Part shown: positions 1 to 13,394 of the stretch, one piece after another
Layout of the letters: the number at the start of each line of letters is the position of its first letter
How positions within the stretch are numbered: position 1 is the stretch's first letter
Assembly (NCBI RefSeq): GCF_006345805.1
Contig: NC_043001.1
Coordinates: 47,182,001 to 47,246,000 of the forward strand
DNA: 64,000 bases
Origin: Octopus sinensis
Lineage: Eukaryota
Direction of reading: 5' to 3'
Position numbers and translations under genes: made by a program
The notes under the pieces: model-generated
The model's input: the letters and a program-made list of their open reading frames with translations, nothing else
What the model was told of the DNA's origin: nothing
The model's database searches: none

Positions 1-2231
1 CGATGAGCGTTTGCACAAGTCGCAAATCGCCAGCTTTAGAATCCTATGTATTCATGTCAGATTTGCCTTATGAATCCTATGTATTCATGTCAGATTTGTT
101 TGACGACTTCTTGGCAGACGATTACCGTAACTGGCAACAGAACGGGAAAATTCTCAGGGCTGTTGGTCGGGGTGTGGTGATACCGCTGAAGAAGGACGCC
201 GACAGTGGGGACATGATAGGGAATTTTCGGCCCTTAACTCTGCTAGACACAGAGCTTAAGATTTTAGCGATAAGGTTGGCGCTTGTGGTCCGTAGTTTAG
301 TAGGGGAAGCACAAACGTGCGTAATCATGAACAGGTCTATCCGCGACAACCTCCACCTTATGCGATACATCATAGAGAAGGCTGGGACTAAAGCTGGCTT
401 CGGTGGGGTCCTGATCAATCTGGATCAATCAAAAGCATTCGATAGGGTCGACCATCGCTACCTAGAATGCCGTCTTTATAGCGGCCGGTGCGTGCTGGCT
501 CTCGTGCCACTGCTACGGAAGTTGGAACAATTGAGGGGGGCATCCCATTCGAACTGGGACTTGGAAGAGCAGTGTCTGCATACACGGACGTCACCGTCAT
601 GATGTCGGACGCCTTCGAGACGGTCGGCTCCACTCGAGAAGAATATGAGTCGGTTGCAGGGGCTAAACTCAATGCCAAGAAGTCGGTGGGCTTGCGACTG
701 GGCACCTCTAGAGACAGGTCGATGCCGTCAGATGGCGTCGTCGGACGCTGGACTGATGGACCAGTTAAACTGCTTGGGGTCTGGTTTGGTCTCGAACTCC
801 AGGTGGATAAGAACTAGGATGAGGTGACGAACTGGGTGGCCAGTCTTACCCAGAAATGGGCTGAGAGGAAACTGTCCTTGAAAGGTCGGGCAGAGGTAGC
901 GAATGCCTACATCGCCACCGTTATCATCTATCGTCTGACCGTCGTGCTTTGCCTCAGTTATTGTTTGATCAAATTGGAGCATCTCTTGTTCATGTTCTTG
1001 TGAAAGGGACGCGTTCCAATGGTCAGGCTGTCAATCTGCTGTTAGCTCTCTCTGAGTGGCGGCTGAGGCATGCCGTGGCTTTTGATGGGCAAATATGCGC
1101 TTAGGTTGTGCCACCTGCATCGATTTCTAAGAGGTGAACGTGTGTGGGTTCTGTTTGTGAGGCACGTATTTCTGCAACTCGTCTCTTTGACAGAACTGCA
1201 GTCCTGGGTAAAGGATGACTAAGACTGGGCACTTGGCACTTAGAATGTCGTCAGGTGCTCACTGTCCTCTACCAGTCAGGCAATTGGGTCGGTGGATGTT
1301 CCACTTTAGCTATTTATAGAAGATGAGTGGCGGGAAAGTGCGACGACATCCTAGGAGAGACACTGGGTGTTGACGAAGATGAACTGACTAGCCTGTTCCG
1401 GAGGACTTTCAAGTTGGGGACTATTATGGATGATTTCCAGATGTCTTTGACTTGGCAGTGCTACCGGGGGACGCTACCGGTTCGAGATAAACTCTAGAGG
1501 CACGGATGTATTGTCAGACGGGCTTGTCCGAGATGCGCACAGAGCGATGAAACCGTTCTGCATGCACTTGTTCAGTGTCCGGGCATTGCTAACTTGTGGA
1601 GTTATGTCGAACAGTTTCTGTTACGTATGGGGCGGATCTGTCTGTCGTCCGAATTCATAGTGCAGATTGCCCCGCCACCCTCCTTTAATCAGACCGGCAA
1701 GGCAGTTTTCCTTTGCCTGGTTGCTGCGGCGAAAGAGATTGTCTGGTGGACGAGGCTGAAAGGAATGAGGACAGAGACATTCCTCTTTGGTAAAGCCCTC
1801 ATCGATTTTTTCAACTTTCACTTCAAAAGGAAAATGAGAGTAGAAAGGGAGGTGCTGTCCTCAAGTGAATTTATGAAAAGGTGGGTGAAAGTTGCGAAAA
1901 TGGTTAGAGTGGATTGTACCACTCTCAGCGTAGACCTGTGAGTCGGAGGAAAGGAGTTGAAAAATGTATTTGTCCGTGGTATTCAGAGTGATTTTGGATG
2001 GTGGGGTTCGTCGATCATCCCTAGCGATCCTCCTGTATCAGGAGCCCCCGCCATCACATTTTTCTCTCCTAATTGCTGTATACTGTGTATACTTCACTTC
2101 TTTTAATGTATACTGTGTATACCCCATTTAAAAAATTATTATATCATTCTATTATATGTACCCCCACCCCAATTTATGTCTGTCTTTGTATTTTTCCCCT
2201 CATCCTTCGCCCTGGTGGCAAATAAAAGAAA
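1..2231 (+). mobile_element. Degenerate Tx1/L1-clade non-LTR retrotransposon, 3' part (RT, C-terminal CCHC knuckle, 3' UTR); runs off the left edge
   Basis: ORF pieces with NFRPLTLLDTELKILA, LDQSKAFDRVDHRY, AKLNAKKS, LSLKGRAEV and a CPRC..DETVLHALVQC knuckle. In-frame stops, internal deletions (QG motif lost, YADD decayed to YTD) and a 27-bp direct repeat at 39-65/72-98. Ends GCCCTGGTGGCAAATAAAAGAAA. Confidence 0.9.
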
Positions 2232-2246
2232 TTATTATTTTTAACA

Positions 2247-2408
2247 GGCGCGGGAGTGGCTGTGTGGTAAGTAGCTTGCTTACCAACCACACGGTCCCGG
2301 GTTCAGTTCCACTGCGTAGCACTTTGGGTAAGTGTCTTCTACTATAGTCTCGGGCCGACCAAAGCCTTGTGAGTGGAGTTGGTAGACGGAAACTGGAAGT
2401 AGCTTGTC

Positions 2409-2458
<50 letters not shown>

Positions 2459-2660
2459 GTATACGTTTGTGTCTGTGTTTGTCCCCCTACCATCGCTTGA
2501 CAAGTGATCTTGGTGTGTTTACATCCCCTTAACTTAGCGGTTCGGCAAAAAAGTCCGATAGGTTTACAAAGAATAAGTGCTGGTGGCGATTTTCTTGACT
2601 AAAGGTGGTGCTCCAGCATGGCCACAGTCAAATGACTGAAACAAGTAAAAGAGTAAAAGA
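2247..2660 (+). mobile_element. tRNA-derived SINE, family A (head GGCGC.GGAGTGGCTGTGTGGTAAG, internal (AT)n)
   Basis: A/B-box-like head; body and tail recur many times in the window. Confidence 0.85.
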
Positions 2661-3101
2661 ATTTTCCAATGACACCAAAGCATAAAAGTGTTGACAAATG
2701 ACAGGGGAAATAACTCTTTAGCATACATGATTTAATTTGATATTTAATATGTATATAAAAAAATCTTAAAATGTTTTGCTATCTTGTCTAAATAAAGTAT
2801 TGTTAATTACAGTTGGAATACCATTGATCTTAGTAGGTCTTCAAGATCAAGTTCGATTCAATAGTTAAGGAGTTCGCTTTAAAATCACGAACACACGAGT
2901 TCATTTGTTTTTCGGGCCATTTGGACAAGTTTTCCTATCGTTGCATATAACGTTCTTCAAGCCTTGCGAGTGAAATTAAGATATAACTATGGACAAATCA
3001 AGTAATTTCGGTTGGAGATCACAAACTGAAACGAAAAGTACATAAAATGAAAGCGAAACATCGAGTGAAAGACGGTCATCTATACATACATGTATATACT
3101 T

Positions 3102-3186
3102 ATGTATGTATGTATGTATGTATGTATGTATGTATGTATGTATGTATGTATGTATGTATGTGTGTGTGTGTGTGTGTATGTGTGTA

Positions 3187-3217
<31 letters not shown>

Positions 3218-3252
3218 ATGTATGTATGTATGTGTGTGTGTGTGTGTGTGTG

Positions 3253-3297
<45 letters not shown>
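3102..3297. repeat. Compound (TATG)n/(TG)n microsatellite
   Basis: Seen directly. Confidence 0.95.
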
Positions 3298-3298
<1 letters not shown>

Positions 3299-3552
3299 TA
3301 CTCAGAGTTTCATGGTCCCGTTCGTCAGGCAGTTGTGATCAAATTGTGTGTGGCTCTGTGTCTTCCCGACCACCACTTGAAAACCGGTGCTGGTGTGTTT
3401 ATGTCTCCGTAACTTAGTGGTTCGGCATAAGAGACCGATAGAATAAGTACCAGGCTTTAAAATGATAAGTACTGATGACAGAAACAAATAAAAAACAAAA
3501 AGGAAAAAAGAATAATTTAGCAAAGTTAATAGGAAAATATTGGTAAAAAAGT

Positions 3553-3710
3553 AAAGTTTTGTTAGAAAAATCAGAACACTTGCACATAGGCTCCATTGGT
3601 TGTAGGCAGCACGTCTAGATGAAGCTCAATTTCTGGCCAAGTGTGTTGGAGCAACTTCTCATCAATGTTAGATATGGCTTGATGTATTTTTCCATGAGAT
3701 CATTGAGGTC
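3553..3710 (-). mobile_element. Tc1/mariner-superfamily transposase C-terminal remnant
   Basis: Minus strand reads approximately DLNDLMEK.HQAISNIDEKLLQHTWPEIELHLDVLPTTNGAYVQV; homologous to 4014-4150. Confidence 0.65.
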
Positions 3711-4013
3711 TTGAACTTTAATAACGATCTATGTTGTTTATAACAAAGAAAAAGGAAAAAAAAAAAAGAAAAGAAAAGAGAGATAAGGAAAAGAAATAAA
3801 TAAAAAAAGAGAGGGTAGGTAAAGCAGTAGGAGATGGAGGGGGAGGAGGGCGATGGTTTAGAACAAATGGTGTGGTCAGCTGTGCTCCGCAGTAATGACT
3901 TCGATAGCGTTGCCGCGGAGAATATCCTGCGACACTTTCTGCAGTCGCCACTCCATCTCGCGGGGTTCATTTCTGCAACGGGTCGCCGTTATCCCTATTG
4001 AACTTTTGGACGC

Positions 4014-4207
4014 CAAGCCATATCCAACATTGATGAGGGCGTACTCTTACGTATATGGTCAGAAATTGAATATTGTCTAGACATGGTGCGTACAACCAAT
4101 GGAGCCTTACGTGGAAGCTTTCTGATGTTTCAGTTAAACTCTGCTGAGTTGTTATTTTTTTTTCGTGAACTTTTCAAGTTGTAAAGGTAATTTATGGACA
4201 CCCTGTA
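4014..4207 (+). mobile_element. Tc1/mariner-superfamily 3' end remnant with right TIR and TA
   Basis: QAISNIDEGVLLRIWSEIEYCLDMVRTTNGA, then ...TTTATGGACACCCTG|TA (reverse complement TA|CAGGGTGTCC, a typical Tc1-like terminus). Confidence 0.7.
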
Positions 4208-4800
4208 TATTGTACTCTCGAGCTTGCTCCTATTCTCACCAACCAATTCAATCTTTTTCTTTCTGCGGAGAATTTACATTCACTACTATTCCGTAGCACT
4301 CAGTTCCGATATTTCAAAAGATGTGGAGACGACCTTGAACGATTATATATCAACATAAATCTCTCTCCTCTTATTGACTACCAGCATATTTTACATAGTC
4401 AGACTGTTCTATCAGAGACATACTTTCCTACGTCATAATCAGTGGCCTCCCATCGTTAGATATTTATCGAAAGCAATCTTGTTGCACTTATCATCAGAAA
4501 GTCTCTCGACCCTGTCTGACATAACAACCTCCAAGCAAATTTGCTTGATAAATATCTTCTGATTTATCTGCTTTGTTTCCAAGGACACAACATACTGTTT
4601 CATTTGCTGTTGGGAGGGCAATGTCTTCTCCAAATAGTTTAAGCTTTCATTGCTGTGTGGTTATGAAGTTCGAAACCACGTGGTTTCTGATTCAGTCCCA
4701 TTGCACGGTACCTTGGACAAATGCTTTCTACTATGGATCCAAACCAACCTATCAATGCCTTGTTAGTGAATATGGTAAACAGAAACTTTGAGGAAGCCCG

Positions 4801-4888
<88 letters not shown>

Positions 4889-5423
4889 GATATATATATA
4901 TATATATATATACACGTAAAATATATAGGGTAGCGAGTTTTTTTAGAAATTTCACTACCAGTGGCCTAGCACAAAAAGTCAACAGGCAACATATTCTCAA
5001 TATAAAATAGTGTACATTTAAACACAAGAGAAACTACCTTTAATAGGCAGCTTTACACGCTAGAAGAAGTAGTCAAAACGACCAAAACCACATTTTAAGA
5101 GCAATTTGGAAGGAATGAGAAATAACTTTTACCTTGTTATTTTTTTACGGTCATACCTAGATTTCGAATTTTATTTAACAAATAAAATAATTTGCTAGGC
5201 GAAATTCTCATCAGTGACTACACCATAACATTAACATATAATTTAGAGACAAATAACACGTGTCTCATCATTATATATTATAATTTTTCAAAAGTAATCT
5301 CCCCACAAAAATACGAAGAAAAAAACACAAGAAGAAAACAACAACAACGAGAGAATGTGGTACATGCAAAGTATTAACAGGGAAGGAAAGAAAGTTAGTT
5401 TTACGTTTCAAACAAAGCTCTCC

Positions 5424-7170
5424 TTATTTTAATCGATCCCGAGAGGATGAAAAGCAAAGCCTGAAATTTTGGGCGAGGGGACAAGTCGATTTCATTGCCT
5501 CTACCTGCTCCCGTGTTCGGTTAGTACTTGTTTTATCAACTCCGAAGGGACGAAAGGCAAAATCGACATCGGCAGGATTTGAACTCAGAACATAACGAGC
5601 CGGAAGGTATGCCGCTAAGCATTTTGTCCGGCTGGTAACTATGCTGCCAGATAAAATAATGAAAGTAATTGACATATGTTAATGTTCTATCTGAGGAATT
5701 TTACAGAGCTAACTTGAAGGCGACAAGCTGGCAGAATCATTAGCACATTGGGCAAATGCTTAGCGGCATTTCATTCGTCTTTATGTTCTGAGTTCAAATT
5801 CTGTCGAGGTCGCCTTTGCCTTTCTTCCTTTCCGGAGTCTTAGTTGAGCACTGAGGTCAATGTAAACCAGGCACATACCGTCAGTAACTACTCAGGGTAG
5901 GCAGTTGGTGACCTTTATGTAGTGAAAAACACACACACACACACAAAGAAAAAATAAAGCGAAACACAGGCGCGCGACTGAGTTGTAGGCAGATTTCTTC
6001 TACCTTTATATCACGTAAAAAAAAACGTTGTTGTAGGAGTGGATACAGCACACATGTACTGCAGCATTACTATGTGTAGCTTAAATACTGAGATTGAAAA
6101 GCAGGGACGAATTATGCTTACCTAATCTATATATATAATATATATATATATATATAATAGATATATATATATATATATTGCATTTTATACATCGTAATCT
6201 GAGTAACCTTCATAATATTATATGAATTAGATGCTTATTTTGCCATGAAAGGAAAATGTTGCTATCGATCTATTTTATCCAAGGTAGGCACTGCCTACCT
6301 AGACGGTACGTCCCTGATGTAAACGAACTTGCTGGCCTTGTGCCAAAATTTGAAACCATTATCACGTAGCCAACTTTGCTCAGAAATAACGCTAATGCAT
6401 GCTTAATCCTTGTAGACGTCCGATACACCTGGCAACGTTAAGCTAATGCTACACAATGGTTATATAGTCACATGCTAGGAGTTTTTTGTTTGAAGTTAGC
6501 GGGTATTGATTTCCCCTTTATAACTGGGTAGCGCATCAATTGATTTAAAATGCAGTCGTGTGACCTTGAATAAACAAGGACAGACAAACGGATTAAGTCG
6601 ATTATATCGACTCCAGTGCGTAACTGGTACTTATTTAATCGATCCCAAAAGGATGAAAGGCAAAGTCGACCTCGGCGGAATTCGAACTCAGAACGTAGCG
6701 GCAGACGAAATATCGCAAAGCATTTCGCCCGGCGTGCAAACGTTTCTGCCATCTCACCGCGTTTATAAAGTTTATATACCACTTGGAAAAAAATGAGGTT
6801 GTTGCTATGAGGTTGTTACGTTACACAGTTACACTTCTTCACCTCTATGTACCCCTTGAAAAGTGCAAATAAAGATATGGGGTATTTGTTTCAGATATTG
6901 AGAAGATATAGTTTTAGTAGTCTCTCTTACATGTTAGAAATATCAGTTACATATTTCCTAGAACCGTTAGCACACCGGGCGAAATGCGTAGCCGTATTTC
7001 GTCTGCCGTTATGTTCTGGGTTCAAATTCCGCCGAGGTCCACTTTGCCTTTCATCCTTTCGGGGTCGATAAATTAAGTACCAGTTACGCACTGGGGTCGA
7101 TATAATCGACTTAATACCTATGTCTGTCCCTTCTGTGTTTAGACCCTTGTGGGCAGTAAAGAAATACCTA
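5424..7170. mobile_element. Cluster of family B SINE copies and fragments on both strands (core GAGGTCGACTTTGCCTTTCATCCTTTCGGGGTCGATAAATTAAGTACCAG)
   Basis: Copies at about 5424-5645(-), 5716-5870(+), 6545-6750(-) and 6955-7165(+); boundaries approximate. Confidence 0.8.
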
Positions 7171-7332
7171 ATAAATATCCTGAACTAAACAATAACTTGT
7201 TGATAAATGTTGTGATGGGTTCCCTATAAATAAGAAAAGAAAGTTAGAAGAAAATGAGACAAACAAGTCTGGAATATCTCTCATCATAGAACTGAAAAGA
7301 ACTTAAAATAATATAATCAAAATAAATATCTT

Positions 7333-7403
7333 TGCATCGGCCGGGAATCGAACCCGGGCCGCCCGCGTGGCAGGCGAGCATTCTACCACTGAACCACCGA
7401 TGC
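7333..7403 (-). tRNA. tRNA-Gly-GCC: tRNA-Gly(GCC), intact, 71 nt
   Basis: Reverse complement of GCATCGGTGGTTCAGTGGTAGAATGCTCGCCTGCCACGCGGGCGGCCCGGGTTCGATTCCCGGCCGATGCA; full cloverleaf; T-run downstream. Confidence 0.97.
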
Positions 7404-7829
7404 ACACATTAGAACTGTCTCTAAAAATAACTATTGAATTAACATAAGAAACTACCCTTATCAAGAATTAATTATATTTTAATATTATATACATATATAT
7501 CATTAACTGCTACTTTTTCCAGTTTCAAAAGATCTACTGATAACGGTTTACTTGCAGTAGGAGTAATAATATTGTTCTTCGAGGTAATTGTAATAGTAGC
7601 TTTCACAAGAATTACGCTGGAAGAAAAGTGTCTACCTCAGCGATTTTAAAACATGTCTCTACATTCAGAATTTTTTCTGTATCTCTCTCAGATACATTAC
7701 ACTGTGTAAAAGAAATTTAAATGCTCTCTCTCTCTGTGCTTCTCTGTGTGTGCCCCTCTCTCTGTTTAAATTTTCAATTGGCAGAAAAGTTACAAAAGCG
7801 ACACAAGGCCTGTGAGTTTCGTGCACGGC

Positions 7830-7831
<2 letters not shown>

Positions 7832-7889
<58 letters not shown>

Positions 7890-7921
7890 GCCTGCCTGTC
7901 TGTCTGTCTGTCTGTCTGTCA

Positions 7922-7957
<36 letters not shown>

Positions 7958-7994
7958 GTCTGTCTGTCTGTCTGTTTATCTGTCTGTCTGTTTA

Positions 7995-8093
<99 letters not shown>

Positions 8094-8148
8094 GTCTGTC
8101 TCTGTCTGTCTGTTTATTTGTCTGTCTATCTGTCTGTCTGTCTATCTA

Positions 8149-8189
<41 letters not shown>

Positions 8190-8388
8190 GTCTGTCTGTT
8201 TATCTGTCTCTCTGCCAATGATACATGTATAGCCATCCATGCATAAATACATGTATATATATATACATACACGCATACATACATACACTTACATTTCCTA
8301 CATACATATACATACATCCAAATCGTACATACATACATGCATACATGCATACATACATACATACATACATACATACATACATACTACA

Positions 8389-8420
<32 letters not shown>
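7832..8420. repeat. Compound (TATC)n/(TGTC)n/(TACA)n microsatellites
   Basis: Seen directly. Confidence 0.95.
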
Positions 8421-8542
8421 AACACAATTACACTTACAAACGTCCATCCATCAATCCACCCAGCTGTCCGTCCACCCACCCACACACACACACACACACT
8501 CATTGTATACGAAATTTAATAGTTGCAAAAAAAAAAAAAAGC

Positions 8543-8977
8543 GGCGATCTTTCGTCTCTAGTAGACCTTTCCGTCGATTTCCGTAAAAAAATTTTTTTTT
8601 TTACATATGGGCTTGCGGGAACTTTTGAAGTAATATACATACATATACACATACACCGAGTAAAAAATTTCAGTTATCTCTTTCTTTCACACATTACTCT
8701 GTCTCTTCACACACACTAACAGAAGCACTTCACTTACACAACATACTTTCTGTCTCCCACACCCCATCAAACACACACACACACACACGCACACACACAC
8801 ATGTACATCAATGCTCCCATGCACGGTAACTTCAAAAGAACTTCCCTCGTCATACAATCGCTTTCTCTTAGTCTCTTTCGCTCTCATTACTTCAAAAATT
8901 CCCGCAAGCCCATATGTAAAAAAAAAAATTTTTTTACGGAAATCGACGGAAAGGTCTACTAGAGACGAAAGATTGCC
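8543..8977. mobile_element. MITE with ~92-bp TIRs (GGCRATCTTTCG...), Merlin-like; copy 1
   Basis: TIRs 8543-8634 and 8886-8977; flanking 8-bp duplication AAAAAAGC (8535-8542/8978-8985). Superfamily is inferred. Confidence 0.85.
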
Positions 8978-9818
8978 AAAAAAGCAATATTTCAAAATAG
9001 AAAATAACACCTGATTCATTTGCGCAGCGTGGGTGCATGGCTGTGCAAAACGCGCGGATGCGCTCATATATGTGTTTCTCATTGTCCTTTAAAAGCGAGT
9101 TCCACCGTGACTGTCTCGTCTTTTTTTTAATGTGTTCCAACTGTGACCATCCTGTCATTTTTAAAAAGCGTTCCACCCATGACCACCCCGCCTTTTTCAA
9201 GAACATTTCATCTGTGTGTGAAAATCTCGTATTCTAATCGTGACCACCTCATCTTTTTATAAGTCGAATTTCCGTGTCAACGCAGGGCCTCCGAAGAAAA
9301 TTTTGTGAGGCAGAATAAGACTGTATTCAGGCGAGCATTCTGCTGCCTAAGGTATAACCTGCTAGAAATAGCAACCAAATATCACCTATATCACATCATG
9401 CCATCTTAAAAATAGGAATGAAGGGTAAAACCCAACTAGGACTAAACCTAGAAAAAGAAACACGCGAAAAAATTTCTCGAGGACGAAACCCCCACCCCAG
9501 ACAAAAAAAAAAAAAAAAAACAAAGCAAAAAAAAAACAAGCTATTTTTAAATCCTAATTTTCATTCTTATTATTTGTAGTTTATGCTTAGTGACATTTAC
9601 TCTGACCTAACGTTCTGAGTTCAAATTCTGCCAAAGTTGACTTAGCCTTTCATCCTTTGGGGGGGGGGGGTGATGATGAAATAAGTACCAGTTGAGCACT
9701 GGGATTGATGTAATCCATTTACTCCCTCCCTGCAAATTTCAGGCCTTGCACCTATAGTAGAAAGGATTATTTGTAGTTTATGAACACTTCTCTGAGATGT
9801 AAAATATTACATTAATTT

Positions 9819-10243
9819 GGCAATCTTTCGTCTCTAGTAGACCTTTCCGTCGATTTCCGTAAAAATTTTTTTTTTTTTTACATATGGGCTTGCGGGAACT
9901 TTTGAAGAAATATACATACATATACACATACACCGAGTAAAAAATTTCAGTTATCTCTTTCTTTCACACATTACTCTGTCTCTTCACACACACTAACAGA
10001 AGCACTTCACTTACACAACATACTGTCTGTCTCCCACACCCCCATCAAACACACACACACACACATGTACATCAATGCTTCCCATGCACAGTAACTTCAA
10101 AAGAACTTCCCTCGTCATACAATCGCTTTCTCTTAGTCTCTTTCGCTCTCATTACTTCAAAAGTTCCCGCAAGCCCATATGTAAAAAAAAAAAAAAAATT
10201 TACGGAAATCGACGGAAAGGTGTACTAGAGACGAAAGATTGCC
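9819..10243. mobile_element. Same MITE; copy 2
   Basis: Near-identical to copy 1; flanks CATTAATTT (9810-9818) and CATTAATTA (10244-10252). Confidence 0.85.
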
Positions 10244-11397
10244 CATTAATTATATAATAACACCAATCATAAATATGAGCGTAATAAAAAGAACATAATA
10301 TGGTATTTTTGAAAAATTAAAGCAAACACAATATTGAAAACCTCATTAAATGTTGAGGTTTCTTTAAAGTTAAGTTCATTTTGCTACAATCTGATATTGT
10401 ACCCTATGCCATTCAGAAATTCCTCTAGGGTCTTTCTCTCATTCACATAGTCTGGACCCCTAAAAATAGACAGGCATTGATGTATGGTAAAGAAGTTAGT
10501 TTAGCAACCACGTGGTTTGGGGCTCAGTCCCACCGTATGACACATTAAGGCATCCGAAGTTTGAAAGTGTTTAGTTACAAAAAATTAATTTCCAGATCTG
10601 CTGTTCAAAGGGAAAAGATCCTTATTTCCTTTCCCCGTAGGGGAGGGTATAGGGGGGGGGGACCACAGACAATAATAACAAAACAATTTTTCTAATAGAT
10701 AGCAAGAATTTTTGACACACCTTTGAATAATGAACACACTCCCAGACACCAAGTGACTAACTGATTTTTGCTTGGGGGTTCTTGTTTTTATTACTATCCA
10801 GAAGGGTAGACATATCATTGAGAACAATAGATTTAGTTGGTGGTCTTGTTATCTTAATTCTAGCTTTTGGTGAAATAGAAGAGGTTTGAAAGGTCAATTG
10901 GTGAAGACATTATTTTGGCCTAGCAAAAGTAAGACTGCTGTCACAGAAAAACTATTGTTCTACTGTGAGAAAAGTTCTGTTGAAGTGTTAATTTAAATTT
11001 GGCTATAGTGGATCGAATCCACTTCCTGCCTGCAAGATCCACTACACATAGGTCAGATGGAGTTTATTGAGGCAAATATTCTATATCTTGATGCCATTCC
11101 TGTTGCCAGCCTTCACCAATAATGGAAATGAATGGCAATTCTTGTATGACAGGGATAATCATTTACAACTTTCACATGATGTCAAGGAAAGGAGATACCA
11201 CACACACACACACATGCATATGCACACAAACACGCATATGCACACGCACACCCACCCACACATATACGTCTGCCTGTCTATCTTCCTTTCTTTCTCTCTC
11301 TCTCTATCTATCTATCTATCTCTCTCTCTTTCTTTCTTTCCATCCATCTAGCCTTTCTTTCTCTCTTTCTGTCTATCTATCTCTCTATCTGTCTGTA

Positions 11398-11474
<77 letters not shown>

Positions 11475-11984
11475 GTGTGTGTGTACAGTCACATCTCAAC
11501 ATTCAATTTATTATGTTTACAGGAACCAAATGGAGTTCATTGAGGCAGATTTTCTATAGCCAGATGGCTTTCCTCTCACCGACCCATGCCTGTTACCTAC
11601 AAAGGTAATGCTTTCTCTTGGCCAGACATGTTTTTCACAGAAGATTGTAAATGAACAAGGCTGATTTACAACCATCATCGTCTGACGCATGGAAAAATAA
11701 ATATTAAAACTATGATGATGATAGTTGAAAGGCAGGTATATGTTTGTGTGTGTGTGTGTGTGAATGTGTGTATGTGAGAAAGAGAGAGAAAGAGAGAGAG
11801 GGAGAGGGAGTGGGAGAGACATAGAGAGTGAGAGGTGAGAGATTAAGAGAAGATAAATTTGACTTGGAGATTTAGATATGCATTGGAGGTGCTTCTACTG
11901 TTAAGAGTCATGACTTTGGAAGATGAAACATCTATAGACAATTATGGGGTGTGCACACACACATATACATGTCTATATATCAAC

Positions 11985-12640
11985 ATTTTCATCATCATCA
12001 TCATCATCGTCTTTTAACGTCTACTTTCTCTACGGGTATGAGTTGGACAGGCGACGAGCTGGTATTTCGTCTGCCGTTACGTTGTGAGTTCAAATTCCGC
12101 CGAGGTCGACTTTGCCTTTCATCCTATCGAGGTCGATAAATTAAGTACCAGTTACGCACTGGGGTCGATATAATCGACTTAATACCTACGTCTGTCCTTG
12201 TTTGTCCTCTCTATGTTTAGCCCCTTGTGGGTAATAAAGAAATAGGTATGAGTTGGACAGTTTGACTGTGGACTGGAAAGCCAGAAGGCTGCACCAGGAT
12301 CCAAACTTACCTGGCAAAGTTTCTACAGATGAATGCACTTCCTAACGCTGACTACTCTGAGAGTGTAGTGAGTGCTTTTTATGTGCCGCTGGCACGGAAG
12401 CCAGTTAGACTGCACTGGCAATGATCATACTCAACTGGAGCTTCCCATGTGCCACCAGCACAGGACCACTCAGGCAGTACTGGCTTTGACCATTCTTAAA
12501 GGTCCCTCCTACATGCCACCGGCCCGGGTGCCAACCAGGTGGTACTGCACTCAGCCATGACAATGACTTCACCTGACTCAACAGGTCCTTACAAGCGCAG
12601 TTTATTGTCCAATGATTGAAGAGCACTCTTAAATGGGCTG
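11985..12640 (-). mobile_element. Retroposon with (GAT)n tail (family D), interrupted by a family B SINE
   Basis: (CAT)n then the same body as 17981-18300; boundaries approximate. Confidence 0.65.
12051..12244 (+). mobile_element. Family B SINE with internal deletion and 16-bp TSD
   Basis: GGTATGAGTTGGACAG at 12035-12050 and 12245-12260. Confidence 0.85.
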
Positions 12641-12773
12641 GACATGCTGCAATGGCACAGACCACAGCTACAGTCTCACTTCGCTTGCTGGGTCTTCTCA
12701 TGCACAACACATTTCCAAAAGGTTTTGGTGACATGCCATTGCTTCTGTGGGGCCTAACATTCGAAGATCATAC

Positions 12774-12819
<46 letters not shown>

Positions 12820-13074
12820 TAAATATATATATGCATAAATATATATATATGCATAAATATATATACAAATATATATACAAATATATATACATACATATAG
12901 TTACAAATTGAGATAGGGGTTGTAAATGCAACCCTCCATGGGATAACATATATCCAAAATACTGCTAGTGAAGTACCCAACAAAGTTAATACATAAATGT
13001 TAATGATTGCGATGCAATCAATTCATTTATTGTATTATATGGGCAAAGGTAAAATGATTTACCACAAATTACTA

Positions 13075-13150
13075 ATACAAGATAAGAAAATGGAGAAATA
13101 CATCTAAATCAATTGATTTAGATGTATTTCTCCATTTTCTTATCTTGTAT
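13075..13150. repeat. Perfect 76-bp palindrome (38-bp arms, no spacer)
   Basis: ATACAAGATAAGAAAATGGAGAAATACATCTAAATCAA followed by its exact reverse complement. Confidence 0.95.
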
Positions 13151-13363
13151 ACATACATACATATATATATATATAATATATGTATGTATGTATGTATGTA
13201 TATATGTATGTATATATATATATGTACATATGTATATATATATATGTGTGTGTATATATATATATGTGTGTGTGTGTATATATATATGTATGTATATATA
13301 TAATATATATATATATATGTGTGTGTGTGTGTATATATATGTATATGTGTATGTATATATATG

Positions 13364-13394
<31 letters not shown>

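Noticed and set aside
3047-3417. Long ORFs with YVCM/LSIY/HT/IY repeats here and at 7721-8719, 11067-11559, 13072-13482, 35392-35944, 39705-40284, 43693-44601, 50858-51696 and 57211-58076
   Set aside because: They are stop-free translations of microsatellites, not genes.
5060-5092. Hammerhead-ribozyme-like string (CTAGAAGA...GACCAAAAC), as found in Penelope repeats
   Set aside because: The core deviates from CTGANGA/GAAA and I cannot build stems I and III.
6282-6300. 19-bp hairpin AGGTAGGCA-C-TGCCTACCT followed by AG, a possible Helitron 3' end
   Set aside because: Spacing to CTAG does not fit, and no other Helitron feature is linked.
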